Below, in pieces: positions 27,471 to 37,140 of a stretch of DNA of 39,885 nt. The stretch is taken from NCBI GenBank assembly GCA_964613595.1, contig CAZTHW010000001.1, forward strand, positions 1 to 39,885, written 5' to 3'. A program made the translations under genes and the position numbers. A model generated the notes under the pieces. The model saw only the letters and a program-made list of their open reading frames with translations, ran no database searches and was not told where the DNA came from. Each line of letters starts with the position of its first letter. The first letter of the stretch is position 1. The stretch comes from an uncultured Desulfobacteraceae bacterium. GTDB lineage: Bacteria; Desulfobacterota; Desulfobacteria; Desulfobacterales; Desulfosalsimonadaceae.

Positions 27471-29681
27471 ATGACAAAAAGGGACCACAAACCTTCTTTC
27501 CCCCCTGATATCGAGATTACGCCGTATTCCGCTGATATCCCCATGACCCGGCTGTTGCTGGGGGTGGACAACCTCCGGTATGACGTGCGCATCAGTCCGC
27601 AATTCTGCCGTATCGCAGGCGACTTCATATTCCAGTTGATCCTGAAACACGCCAATATTTCCGGCCCGCTTCAGACCCGTCAGAATCTCAACTGGTACCA
27701 GGAAACCGAACACTTTAAGGCGGCCTGCACCGAGGTTATGACCGATGCCATTAACCAGGCCAAATCCGCAGCCCGGGTACAGATCGATTACCTGGCCCAG
27801 GTATCGCTGGTCAAGTGGCTCACGGCGGAAATGCAGCGCCAGTACGATGCCGCGATCCAGCAATTTAAAAGCGTCATCCGCAGACACGAGGTCACCTATC
27901 GGGTCGAGCACCATCTCCGGCTGCGCGAAGAAGTCTTCAACATCATCCAGAGGCGCAGCCAGATCATCCAGCATGCCGGTGCCGAGCTTTTCGACTACTT
28001 CCTGGAGGCCCGCGCAGGCTTAAACGAGCTGCGCACCCTGAATTTCGGGCAGGATTGCCTGCTGGCCGAGGAACTGCTTGCAAACCCCCTGCTTCATGCA
28101 CCCAGCCGGCCGGATGATTTTTTCATGATGACCAACTACGTACTTTTGGGCTACCGGCTGGAGGATCCCCTTAACTATCACAGCCTGATTTCCATCCTGC
28201 GGAACTTTTTCTCGACCGTGGATGAAAACCATGAGCCCGACGGCATCATCAAGAGCGCGGAAAACATCAACCTCCTTTTTAACCTGTTTGAGACCCGCGA
28301 ACTGCTCGGCCGGGAGAAAAAAAAGAAAAAACCGGATCCCGATCGAATCAATACCCTCAAATCAAAAATCCGCTTTCAAAAACAAATGCTTGCCATGGTT
28401 TACCGGGAGTTCCGGCGTGAGCAAATGCTGGAATGCATCGTGGCTGCCTATGAAGTGCCCAGGATCATACAAAATTACTGCCCCCCGCTTTCCCCGCAGG
28501 AACTGCTCCAGTACCTTGTGGCACCCAAGTCCAGAAAAAACATTATTCGCAAAATCAAGCGCTTCAGAAAATACACCGGCAAGTCGGTTTCCCTGGCCCG
28601 CCTGAAACAGACCCGGCGCCTGGTGCACGTATCCAGGAAACAAAAAAGGGCCCGGATTGTCCGGTTTTTAAAAGACTTTGCCGTATACCACCGCGACCTG
28701 AACAATTACTACAATATCAACGAGAAGGCGGACTCCATCAACCTGGTCGAGGACAAGAAAACCGCCCGGCTTTCCCGGGAAAACAACACCTTATATGAAT
28801 TTCTATTCCCGCGGGAACATGACACCGGCAAGCAGACCATCATCAACCACGCAGTCATCAAGGCGGATGTGCGCGGATCCACGGAAATTATCGATCACAT
28901 GAAAGCCAAGGGCTTAAATCCCGCCTCCAATTTTGCGCTCAACTTTTTCGACCCGATCAACAACCTGCTGCCGACCTACGGGGCGCAAAAAATCTTCATC
29001 GAAGGCGATGCCGCCATCATGGCCATTTTCGAGCATGAAGGCATGCCCGAAAAATGGTACGGCGTGGCCCGGGCCTGCGGACTTTCCATTAACATGCTCA
29101 TGGTGGTGCAGCGGTATAATCAGCGCAATATCAAAAAGGGACTGCCGCGGCTCGACCTGGGCATCGGCGTGAGCTTTTCAAAAGGCGCACCGACTTTCTT
29201 TTACGACAATGACAACCGGATCATGATCTCGCATTCCATCAACGAGGCGGACATTCTTTCCGGATGCAACCATGAGCTGCGAAAACGGTTTCAAATCACC
29301 GGCCCGCCGTTTAACGTATACCTCTACCAGCTCGACACCTCCGAAATCCAGGGCAAAACGCTGCTGGAAAAAAATGCGAGCCCGATTCTGCGCTACAATG
29401 TCATGGGCATCGAACTGGCGCCCGATGCCCTGGCCAAGCTGGCCCGGGAAATCCATATGAAACGGTTTGAAGGCCCGATCCCCAAATTGGGAGTGGATCA
29501 CTTCGTCGGGTACACGGGGAAATTTCCCACGCTGTCGGGCAATTATCAGCGCCTGGTGATCCGGGAAGCCCTCATCCCGGAGGTATCCCCAACCGATTTT
29601 CATACAATCCGCATGACCGAAAAGAAATATTATGAGGTCTGCACCCATCCGGGAATCTACGAACACGTCAAGCACCTGTAG
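27471..29681 (+). CDS. Large hypothetical protein with C-terminal class III nucleotidyl-cyclase-like domain
   Basis: 736 aa; VIKADVRGST, KIFIEGDA, LGIGVS, MISHSINEADILS resemble cyclase DxxGST / GD / GxxVNxAxRL elements. Confidence 0.65.
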   Translation: MTKRDHKPSFPPDIEITPYSADIPMTRLLLGVDNLRYDVRISPQFCRIAGDFIFQLILKHANISGPLQTRQNLNWYQETEHFKAACTEVMTDAINQAKSAARVQIDYLAQVSLVKWLTAEMQRQYDAAIQQFKSVIRRHEVTYRVEHHLRLREEVFNIIQRRSQIIQHAGAELFDYFLEARAGLNELRTLNFGQDCLLAEELLANPLLHAPSRPDDFFMMTNYVLLGYRLEDPLNYHSLISILRNFFSTVDENHEPDGIIKSAENINLLFNLFETRELLGREKKKKKPDPDRINTLKSKIRFQKQMLAMVYREFRREQMLECIVAAYEVPRIIQNYCPPLSPQELLQYLVAPKSRKNIIRKIKRFRKYTGKSVSLARLKQTRRLVHVSRKQKRARIVRFLKDFAVYHRDLNNYYNINEKADSINLVEDKKTARLSRENNTLYEFLFPREHDTGKQTIINHAVIKADVRGSTEIIDHMKAKGLNPASNFALNFFDPINNLLPTYGAQKIFIEGDAAIMAIFEHEGMPEKWYGVARACGLSINMLMVVQRYNQRNIKKGLPRLDLGIGVSFSKGAPTFFYDNDNRIMISHSINEADILSGCNHELRKRFQITGPPFNVYLYQLDTSEIQGKTLLEKNASPILRYNVMGIELAPDALAKLAREIHMKRFEGPIPKLGVDHFVGYTGKFPTLSGNYQRLVIREALIPEVSPTDFHTIRMTEKKYYEVCTHPGIYEHVKHL

Positions 29682-29923
29682 CCCGGCCGTCCCTGCTTCC
29701 GGACCGCAAATCCCGGTTGAAAAAACTGTTCCGAAGTATTATACGTTTCTGCAGGAAATCCGTAAGCATCTTGGCTGATCGGCGGCGCGAAAAAGGAGTT
29801 TCCTCGCTCCAGGAGCCTCTGCGAGCCTCAATTTCCGCTCGAAAACCCGCTTTTTCGGCACCGCCGTCAGGGCAACGAAGCGCAATTTCGCAAGAGCGCA
29901 AAAAATGATAACTTTCTGATTTT

Positions 29924-29959
29924 ACTTTAACACTTAATCACTTAAAACTTAACACTTCC
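29924..29959 (+). repeat. Short imperfect tandem repeat, (C/A)ACTTAA x ~5
   Basis: actttaa cacttaat cacttaa aacttaa cacttcc directly before ATG 29966. Confidence 0.55.
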
Positions 29960-29965
29960 CGCAAA

Positions 29966-30679
29966 ATGGATCAAAAAGGCACAGTCAGCACGGACAAATA
30001 CATCAAGGCCCTGATGGATATCAGTCGGGCCATTAACTCGGATCTGTACTTAGAGGAGATCCTCAAACTTATCGTCATGGTCACGGCCAAGGTGACCGGC
30101 GTGGAGATCTGCTCCCTGTGGCTGATAGAGGAAAACGAAAACCCGCCGCGCCTCCGGCTCAAGGCCACCCAGACAATTGAGCCGGCCTATGTCAAGGACC
30201 GGGTGTTAAACATAAACGAGGGCGTGGTGGGGCACGTGGCCTCTGAAAAACAACCCCTGATCGTCCGGGACGTGCTGACCGAACCCAGGTTCAAGGAAAA
30301 GGAAATGGCACGCTCCCTGGGCCTGAAATCCCTTGCCAGCGTGCCGCTTCTGCTTCGCGATGATCGGGTCATCGGCGTGCTCAACTGCTTTACGGCCGAA
30401 CCCCATGATTTTACTGACACGGAAGTCAACCTGATCACCACGGTGGCCAACCAGGCGGCAGTGGCCATATCCAACTCCGAACTGATCATCAAGACCAAGG
30501 TCATCCAGGAAGAGCTCGAAACCCGAAAGCTCGTGGAAAGGGCAAAAGAGGTCCTGATGCAAAGAAGCGGGATGGATGCGGACGAGGCTTACCGCCGCAT
30601 TCAGAAAAAAAGCATGGATTCGCGAAAATCCATGCGCAGCATTGCCGAGGCGATCCTGCTTTCAGAAGAGCTCTACTGA
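29966..30679 (+). CDS. GAF-ANTAR domain RNA-binding antiterminator
   Basis: GAF (EGVVGHVA, VPL, VIGVLN, VANQAAVAISN) followed by ANTAR LETRKLVERAKEVLMQRSGMDADEAYRRIQKKSMDSRKSMRSIAEAI. Confidence 0.92.
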   Translation: MDQKGTVSTDKYIKALMDISRAINSDLYLEEILKLIVMVTAKVTGVEICSLWLIEENENPPRLRLKATQTIEPAYVKDRVLNINEGVVGHVASEKQPLIVRDVLTEPRFKEKEMARSLGLKSLASVPLLLRDDRVIGVLNCFTAEPHDFTDTEVNLITTVANQAAVAISNSELIIKTKVIQEELETRKLVERAKEVLMQRSGMDADEAYRRIQKKSMDSRKSMRSIAEAILLSEELY

Positions 30680-30837
30680 GCACCGGGAAAAACCACGGGC
30701 TGAGATCCGGCTTCGCCCGTTTGGCTATCCGGGACGAAATTGAACCCACAGATTCGCCCCACCCGGAGGATTTCCGCAACGCGACAAAAAGTCTTGACAG
30801 ATTTGTCATCCCTTATTAGTTAGCTTAAATTATCCTG

Positions 30838-30916
30838 CACAATGGCGTGTAAGATACACTTATAAATTTTCAAGACAATGGCGTCTCTATACAAGGGTGT
30901 AGAGGCGCTTTTTTTT
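30838..30916 (+). promoter_or_regulatory. ANTAR target RNA: two hexaloop hairpins plus overlapping intrinsic terminator
   Basis: CAC-AATGGC-GTG (30838-30849) and AGAC-AATGGC-GTCT (30873-30886); the second overlaps terminator GCGTCTCTATAC-aagg-GTGTAGAGGCGC-T8 (30881-30916). Confidence 0.85.
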
Positions 30917-30997
30917 GCCCTTGGGCGGAATTCATATAACTATTTGAAATAATATAATTAATTTTTCATCCGATTCAAAAAGCAGAGGAGAAATTCC

Positions 30998-32644
30998 ATG
31001 TCGGAAATGCGATTTTCCAAAAACAATGATGTCCTTGGGACCACAAACCGGGGCAACCCCACGGAATCCAGCCTGTGCACCCTGTGCCGGGCCGACTGCC
31101 AGGGCAAGTGCGAAACTTTCATGTCCAGCCTGGTGGGCAGAAAACTGCTTTACCCCAGAAGCTTCGGCATTGTCACGGCCGGTGCCAATAACACCACCCA
31201 TGTGGGGGCTTCCTACAATTCCCTGCGAATCCAGGGATATGCCTATGGTTCGCACGGGATTCCCTCGGGACTTTCCAACGACCCGGATGACTGCATTTTC
31301 CCCAATGTGAGCCTGGAAACCGAGTTCGGCCGGGAAATCAAGACCAAGGCCCGCGTTCCCCTGATGACCGGTGCGCTGGGGTCGACTTTCGTGGCCGCCA
31401 AGTACTGGGATTCTTTTGCTATCGGCGCCTCCCTGGTGGGCATTCCCGTGGTCATCGGCGAAAACGTGGTCGGGGTGGACCGGGAATCGGAAATGGCAAA
31501 CGGCCGGATCACAAAGGCGCCGGAACTCGACCGCCGCATTGAGAGCTATCTGCGCTACAACGACGGCTACGGCGCAATCATCGTGCAGATGAACGTGGAG
31601 GACACACGCAACGGAGTGGCTGGATACATTGCGGAAAAATACGGCAATAAGTGCATCCTGGAGCTCAAGTGGGGACAGGGCGCCAAGGACATCGGCGGAG
31701 AAATCCAGGTCACCAGCCTGGATTACGCACAGTTTCTGAAAAACCGCGGCTACGTGGTGGACCCGGACCCGGAAAAGCCGTCTGTCCAGGAGGCCTTCAA
31801 ACACAGCTCCATTTCTTCCTTTGCCCGACACAGCCGCCTGGGCGCCACCAACCTGGGCCGGGTGGACCAGGTCAGAGAAGAATTCATGAAAAGCGTGGAC
31901 TACCTGCGGAGCCTGGGTTTCAAGCGGATTTCACTAAAGACCGGCTCTTACGGCATGGAGGAACTGGCCATGGCCATCAAGTTCGCCACCGACGCCAAGC
32001 TCGACCTGCTTACCATTGACGGTTCCGGCGGCGGCACGGGCATGAGCCCCTGGAACATGATGCAGAGCTGGGGGGTGCCCTCCCTGCAGCTGCATTCAAA
32101 AGCCCGCGAATATGCCAGCCTCCTGGCCGCCAGGGGCGAGGAAGTCGTGGACCTGTCCTTTGCCGGCGGCCTCGCGCTGGAAGATCATATCTTCAAGGCC
32201 GTTGCCCTGGGATCGCCCTACACCAAGCTGGTCTGCATGGGACGGGCCATCATGATCCCCGGATTTCTGGGTGCCAACATCGAGGGTGCCATCAACCCGG
32301 ACCGCAGGGAAAGCGTTGCCGGCAACTGGGACAAGCTGCCCAGGACGGTCAGCTCGCTGGGGAGCACGCCCGAGGAAATCTTTGCCAACTACTATGACGT
32401 GGAAGCCAAGGTGGGCAAGGATGAAATGAAGAACATCCCCTACGGTGCCATTGCCTTCTGGACCCTTTCAGACAAGCTGGCCTGCGGGATGCAGCAGCTC
32501 ATGGCCGGGGCCCGCAAATTCTCCCTGCCTGAAATCGAGCGCTCGGACCTGTTTTCCGGCAACCGCGAGACCGCGGAAATCAGCGGCATTCCGCACGTGT
32601 GCGACGCAAATGATGAAAGCGCAAAAAAGATCTTAAACAGCTGA
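30998..32644 (+). CDS. FMN-binding glutamate synthase family protein (stand-alone GltB FMN domain)
   Basis: GALGST, IGENV, ELKWGQGAKDIGGEI, LTIDGSGGGTGMSP, FAGG, IFKAVALG, CMGRA; N-terminal CTLCRADCQGKC; GAGGAG RBS. Confidence 0.88.
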   Translation: MSEMRFSKNNDVLGTTNRGNPTESSLCTLCRADCQGKCETFMSSLVGRKLLYPRSFGIVTAGANNTTHVGASYNSLRIQGYAYGSHGIPSGLSNDPDDCIFPNVSLETEFGREIKTKARVPLMTGALGSTFVAAKYWDSFAIGASLVGIPVVIGENVVGVDRESEMANGRITKAPELDRRIESYLRYNDGYGAIIVQMNVEDTRNGVAGYIAEKYGNKCILELKWGQGAKDIGGEIQVTSLDYAQFLKNRGYVVDPDPEKPSVQEAFKHSSISSFARHSRLGATNLGRVDQVREEFMKSVDYLRSLGFKRISLKTGSYGMEELAMAIKFATDAKLDLLTIDGSGGGTGMSPWNMMQSWGVPSLQLHSKAREYASLLAARGEEVVDLSFAGGLALEDHIFKAVALGSPYTKLVCMGRAIMIPGFLGANIEGAINPDRRESVAGNWDKLPRTVSSLGSTPEEIFANYYDVEAKVGKDEMKNIPYGAIAFWTLSDKLACGMQQLMAGARKFSLPEIERSDLFSGNRETAEISGIPHVCDANDESAKKILNS

Positions 32645-32676
32645 CCCCCCGCCGGCCGCGCACAGCAGGATATAAC

Positions 32677-32719
32677 AAAAAGCCCGCAGACGGGGGATTT
32701 CCCCCGCCTGCGGGCTTTT
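32677..32719. terminator. Intrinsic terminator after the glutamate-synthase-family gene
   Basis: AAAAGCCCGCAGACGGGGG-attt-CCCCCGCCTGCGGGCTTTT. Confidence 0.8.
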
Positions 32720-32860
32720 CCCGCTTTGCCCCTTGCGCCCCCCGATTGCATTCCGACAATATTTATCGTATGATCAAGCGACAGGGAAAACAGGTAAACA
32801 CCCGGTCAGGCGTTGTACGAAACGGGTACTTATAAAATCTCATGCTTGCAGAGGAAATGG

Positions 32861-33484
32861 ATGAACACCGGAGAAACCGTATTCGGACAAACCTATAGAT
32901 ACTATCTCACCCGGATCCGGGAGCTTTCCCTGCCGTCCCTGGCAGACACCATTGGTGCGGAAGCGGCGGGCGACAAACTGAACATCCCGTTTTTCGGGGG
33001 AAAATACACGGTTTCCGGCGAGGCAATCACCGATCCCGCCGGTGCCAGGCCGCCCTATGACATCTGTGTGATCCTGAGCAAATATATTCTGATGTGCCCG
33101 GACGCACTGCCCGGACAAGGCGACTGGGTCAATTTCAGGGACCTGAAAGAAGCCGGCCCGTTGACAAAATTTTTTGCAAATGATGTGGAGCACGCCATTA
33201 CAGCATATTTTTCCGGAAGATCGGCGGATTTGAAAAATGCCGCGCATCTGTCGGGCGGCTACCAGCCGGAGCTTGACATTGATTACGATATTGCCGTGCA
33301 GTTTGACGCACTGCCGAGAATCCCGATGCTCCTGCTCTACAATGATGCGGATGAGGAATTCCCGGCATCATGTTCCGTATTGTTCAGATCCAGCGTGGAA
33401 ACATTTCTGGATGCGGAATGTATTGCAATGACGGGAGTGCGATTGTTCTATCATTTAAAAAATGCAGATGCCCGGCAGGAATAA
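32861..33484 (+). CDS. DUF3786-like protein
   Basis: IPFFGGKY, WVNFRDL, ALPRIPMLLLYNDADEEFPASCSVLF, FLDAEC; GAGG RBS before ATG 32861. Confidence 0.75.
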   Translation: MNTGETVFGQTYRYYLTRIRELSLPSLADTIGAEAAGDKLNIPFFGGKYTVSGEAITDPAGARPPYDICVILSKYILMCPDALPGQGDWVNFRDLKEAGPLTKFFANDVEHAITAYFSGRSADLKNAAHLSGGYQPELDIDYDIAVQFDALPRIPMLLLYNDADEEFPASCSVLFRSSVETFLDAECIAMTGVRLFYHLKNADARQE

Positions 33485-33499
33485 AAGGCAGAGAAAATT

Positions 33500-34327
33500 A
33501 TGCCCGCAAACACGCAAAACATTTCCGCCGTGCTTTCCATTGCAGGCTCCGATCCCTCCGGCGGAGCCGGCATACAGGCGGACCTGAAAACCTTCATGGC
33601 AGCAGGCGTCTATGGGGCGGCTGTGATCACGGCCCTGACCGCTCAGAACACCCGGGGCGTGGACGGGGCCATGGCGATTTCCGCGCAGTTCGTGGAACAG
33701 CAGATCAAAAGCGTATTGTCAGATATCCGCGTAGACGCGGTCAAACTCGGAATGCTGCCCAACAAGGAAGTATGTGAAAAAATCGCCGGCCACCTCGCCG
33801 GTTATACCACCGTATGCGACCCTGTGATGGTTTCCACCAGCGGCCACCGGCTGATCGATGACGCGGCAATTGAAGCTCTGATCACGCAGATCCTGCCGGT
33901 CTCGGACTATATCACCCCGAATCGGGCGGAACTCGAAATCCTGTACGGATCCGCGCCGCCGGACCCGGAAACCGCCGGCCGGGAACTTCTTGAACGCTTT
34001 GCAAACATTAGAGGGGTGGTGATCAAGGGCGGTCACGGGCCGCAAGACGCGGATCAAATCACCGACACGTTCGTATACCGGCACAATAGCGGCGTGGCGG
34101 CAAAAGCGAACTCGCATCCGTATGTCCACACGCGCAATACCCACGGCACCGGATGCACGTTTTCCTCCGCGCTGGCCGCATACCTGGCCCACAACCAGGA
34201 TCCGGCACAGGCGTTTTCCAGCGCGGTCAGCCTGACAGCCGAGCTCATCGGGCTTTCGGCTGATCATGACATCGGCGGCGGGCACGGCCCGCTGCTTCAC
34301 CACCAAGTCCCGGATTCATACCGGTAA
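33500..34327 (+). CDS. thiD: Hydroxymethylpyrimidine/phosphomethylpyrimidine kinase
   Basis: LSIAGSDPSGGAGIQADLKT, ALTAQNT, DPVMVSTSG, TPN, IKGGH, THGTGCTFSSA. Confidence 0.95.
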   Translation: MPANTQNISAVLSIAGSDPSGGAGIQADLKTFMAAGVYGAAVITALTAQNTRGVDGAMAISAQFVEQQIKSVLSDIRVDAVKLGMLPNKEVCEKIAGHLAGYTTVCDPVMVSTSGHRLIDDAAIEALITQILPVSDYITPNRAELEILYGSAPPDPETAGRELLERFANIRGVVIKGGHGPQDADQITDTFVYRHNSGVAAKANSHPYVHTRNTHGTGCTFSSALAAYLAHNQDPAQAFSSAVSLTAELIGLSADHDIGGGHGPLLHHQVPDSYR

Positions 34328-34331
34328 AAGA

Positions 34332-34904
34332 CTACTGCCCGGATATTACCGCTCCGCCCTTTTTCATGCGCTCCACGGCCTTCTCCCCGCCTTCCGCGGT
34401 CACCGGCCGGGTGGCGGAAAGCAGGAGCACGGTTTCAAAGCCTTCATCCAGGGCATCCAGCACGCTTGCCTGCACGCAAACATCCAGGGCCAGGCCGCCC
34501 ACGAAAACCCGCCGAATCTGTCTGCGCCGGAATTCTTCAGCCAGGCCGGTCTGATCAAAAGCCGAGTTCTGATCCTGGTCAAACCGGACCCCCTTGGTAA
34601 CCACCACGGTATCTGCTTGCAGGTTCAGATCCGGGTGAAACGCCGCACCGGGCGTGTCCTGGATGCAGTGCGGCGGCCAGCTGCCGCCCTGATCCCGAAA
34701 GCTGACATGGCCCACGGGGTGCCAGTCCCTGGAGGCGTAAACCGGCAATCCTTTTTCCGAAGCCTGCGCAATCCAGCGGTTTAACACCGGCACCACCGTG
34801 TCGCCCTTTTCAATGGCAAGGGCGCCGCCCGGGCAGAAATCATTCTGTACATCCACGATCAAAAGCGCATCACCGGTTCTCAGTGTCTCTTCATTTCCTG
34901 GCAT
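34332..34904 (-). CDS. pncA: Nicotinamidase/pyrazinamidase
   Basis: VDVQNDFCPGGAL, SRDWHP..H.SF, WPPHC, KG, GLALDVCV. Confidence 0.9.
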   Translation of the reverse strand: MPGNEETLRTGDALLIVDVQNDFCPGGALAIEKGDTVVPVLNRWIAQASEKGLPVYASRDWHPVGHVSFRDQGGSWPPHCIQDTPGAAFHPDLNLQADTVVVTKGVRFDQDQNSAFDQTGLAEEFRRRQIRRVFVGGLALDVCVQASVLDALDEGFETVLLLSATRPVTAEGGEKAVERMKKGGAVISGQ

Positions 34905-35104
34905 GGTTTCCGATCTCCTTTATGTGTCGGTTGCGGATTTTCGGCTGCCTGGTATATTTGTAACCATTTTCCGGTATTTTTCAACACGCCGATAACCTGA
35001 TACATCGCCGACCCGGATACGATTTCCTTGAATCCCCAGGCCTTCGGTGATAAAAGATGCGTTTTACGAAAACATCGCCCGACTTTTGACGCAATTTCAG
35101 GAAA

Positions 35105-35917
35105 ATGCCCATGAATATATTTGACAGCCACTGCCACTTAAACGACAAGGCGTATCACAAGGATCTGGAACGGGTTGTTGAAAATGCCGGAAACGCGGAC
35201 GTAAATGCCATGATGATCGTCGGGATAACGGAAAAAACCTCCCGGCGGGCCGTAGAAATCGCGGAAGCACACGAAGGGTGCTATGCATCCGTGGGCATCC
35301 ATCCCCATGACGCAAAGCAGGGCTCAGATCAAGCCGTATCCGCGCTTAAAGAACTGGCCGCCAGTCCCAAAGTCCGGGCCTGGGGAGAAACCGGCCTGGA
35401 TTTCAATCGGATGCACTCGCCTGCAGACGTGCAGGAAAAATGGTTTGTCCGCCAGATCGCAGCCGCCGGCGATCTGGATCTGCCTCTGATATTCCACGAG
35501 CGCGACAGCGAGGGCCGGTTCCTGGAACTGCTGCGGGCGCATGCCCCGAAAAACTGCCGGGGCGTTGTTCACTGCTTTTCCGGCACCCCCGGCGAAATGC
35601 AGCAATACCTGGAAATGGGATTGTACATCGGCATTACAGGCATCCTGACGATCTCCAAAAGAGGGCAGCAGTTGCGGGACATGGCAGCCCGCATTCCCGA
35701 AGACCGGCTGCTGGTTGAAACAGACGCGCCGTATTTGACCCCTGCACCGGAGAAAAACACAACCCGGCGAAATGAGCCGGCCTTTGTCAGAAGCGTACTG
35801 TTTAAGCTGGCCGAAATCCGTCAAACCGACCCGGCGCGTTTGGCCCGGGTGACATGGGAAAACACCTGCAGGCTTTTTGGAATTGACGCGCCGCAGGCCG
35901 CGGAAAAGCATCAATAA
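35105..35917 (+). CDS. tatD: TatD-family hydrolase/DNase
   Basis: DSHCHL, GIHPH, GETGLDF, FHER, HCFSG, ETDAPYL, RNEP. Confidence 0.92.
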   Translation: MPMNIFDSHCHLNDKAYHKDLERVVENAGNADVNAMMIVGITEKTSRRAVEIAEAHEGCYASVGIHPHDAKQGSDQAVSALKELAASPKVRAWGETGLDFNRMHSPADVQEKWFVRQIAAAGDLDLPLIFHERDSEGRFLELLRAHAPKNCRGVVHCFSGTPGEMQQYLEMGLYIGITGILTISKRGQQLRDMAARIPEDRLLVETDAPYLTPAPEKNTTRRNEPAFVRSVLFKLAEIRQTDPARLARVTWENTCRLFGIDAPQAAEKHQ

Positions 35918-35932
35918 AAGGAAGACAGAAAA

Positions 35933-36967
35933 ATGAAACTGGGAATAATCGGACTTTCCGGTTCAGGGAAAACCACCGTGTTCGAGGCGCTGACACATGA
36001 ATTTGCCGGCCCGGGCGCCAAGGCGGAAACGCGCATTGGCACCATCCACGTGCCGGATTCCCGCATTGACGTTTTAAGCCGGATGTACCAGCCGGAAAAG
36101 ACCACATACGCCCAGGTGGAATACCTCCTGCCGGGCAAGGCGGAGCAAAAAAAACCCGGCAGTGCGGATGACGCCCTGATGCGGGCGGTGCGCGACACGG
36201 ATGCGCTGATTCACGTGGTGCGCAATTTCGCCTCTTACGGCACCGAACCCGCAGATCCGGAAAACGACTTTCTGCTCCTGGACCAGGAACTCATACAGAT
36301 GGATGCCAACATGGTGGAAAAACGCCTGGAGCGAATGGAAACAGAATCCAAAAAAGGCCGGGAAATCGACCCGAAGGAACACGATCAGCTCCTTGAATGC
36401 CGGGAGGCCCTGCAGCAGGAAACCCCTCTGCGCCGGTTTCCCGAACTGGCAGAATCCCGCCTGCTGCGCGGCTACGGGTTGATGTCGGCCAAGCCGGTAA
36501 TGGTGCTGTTTAACAACGCGGACGAGGACGAATCCCTGCCCGGGCTGTCTGAAACCGCGGCACAGGAAACCTGCATGGTCATCCGCGGCAAGCTGGAGCA
36601 TGAACTCGCCCAGATGACAGAAGAAGAGGCTGCCGAACTGCTGGCGGAATTCAACATCTCCGCCTCTGCCACCGACCGGGTGATTCGGGCATCATATGAC
36701 ATCCTGGGACTGATTTCCTTTTTCACCGTGGGCGAAGACGAGGTCCGGGCCTGGACCATCAAACGCGGCACGGATGCGGTCGCGGCTGCAGGCCGGATCC
36801 ATTCCGACATCCAGAAAGGATTCATCCGGGCCGAGGTCATCTCCTACCCGGATTATATTGCCGCCGGCACCATGGCCGCGGCAAAGAAAAACGCCACTCT
36901 GCGCCTGGAAGGCAAGACCTACGAAGTCCAGGACGGCGATATCATCAACTTCCGGTTTAATGTGTAG
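35933..36967 (+). CDS. YchF/DUF933-family protein with degenerate G-motifs
   Basis: GLSGSGKTT P-loop, VPDSR, DALIHVVRNF, ISFFTVGEDEVRAW, AGRIHSDIQKGFIRAEV, LEGKTYEVQDGDIINFRFNV. Confidence 0.85.
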   Translation: MKLGIIGLSGSGKTTVFEALTHEFAGPGAKAETRIGTIHVPDSRIDVLSRMYQPEKTTYAQVEYLLPGKAEQKKPGSADDALMRAVRDTDALIHVVRNFASYGTEPADPENDFLLLDQELIQMDANMVEKRLERMETESKKGREIDPKEHDQLLECREALQQETPLRRFPELAESRLLRGYGLMSAKPVMVLFNNADEDESLPGLSETAAQETCMVIRGKLEHELAQMTEEEAAELLAEFNISASATDRVIRASYDILGLISFFTVGEDEVRAWTIKRGTDAVAAAGRIHSDIQKGFIRAEVISYPDYIAAGTMAAAKKNATLRLEGKTYEVQDGDIINFRFNV

Positions 36968-37089
36968 CCCCCCTGACCGTCGAAATCAGGACCGGATCGA
37001 TTTCCACAGCGAGTTGAATTCTGATGACGTCAAATCCCATGTTGATGGAACACGTAACCTCCACCGGGCATGGCCGGGCCGGACCGAAT

Positions 37090-37123
37090 AAACCCCCCGG
37101 GAAATCTCCTTTCCCGGGGGTTT
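37090..37123. terminator. Bidirectional terminator between convergent genes
   Basis: AAACCCCCCGGGAAA-tctcc-TTTCCCGGGGGTTT. Confidence 0.7.
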
Positions 37124-37140
37124 CGGCATTCGGCCGGAAT

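Noticed and set aside
33440..33499. TPP riboswitch upstream of thiD
   Set aside because: Only 15 bp of intergenic space and no CTGAGA/TPP core
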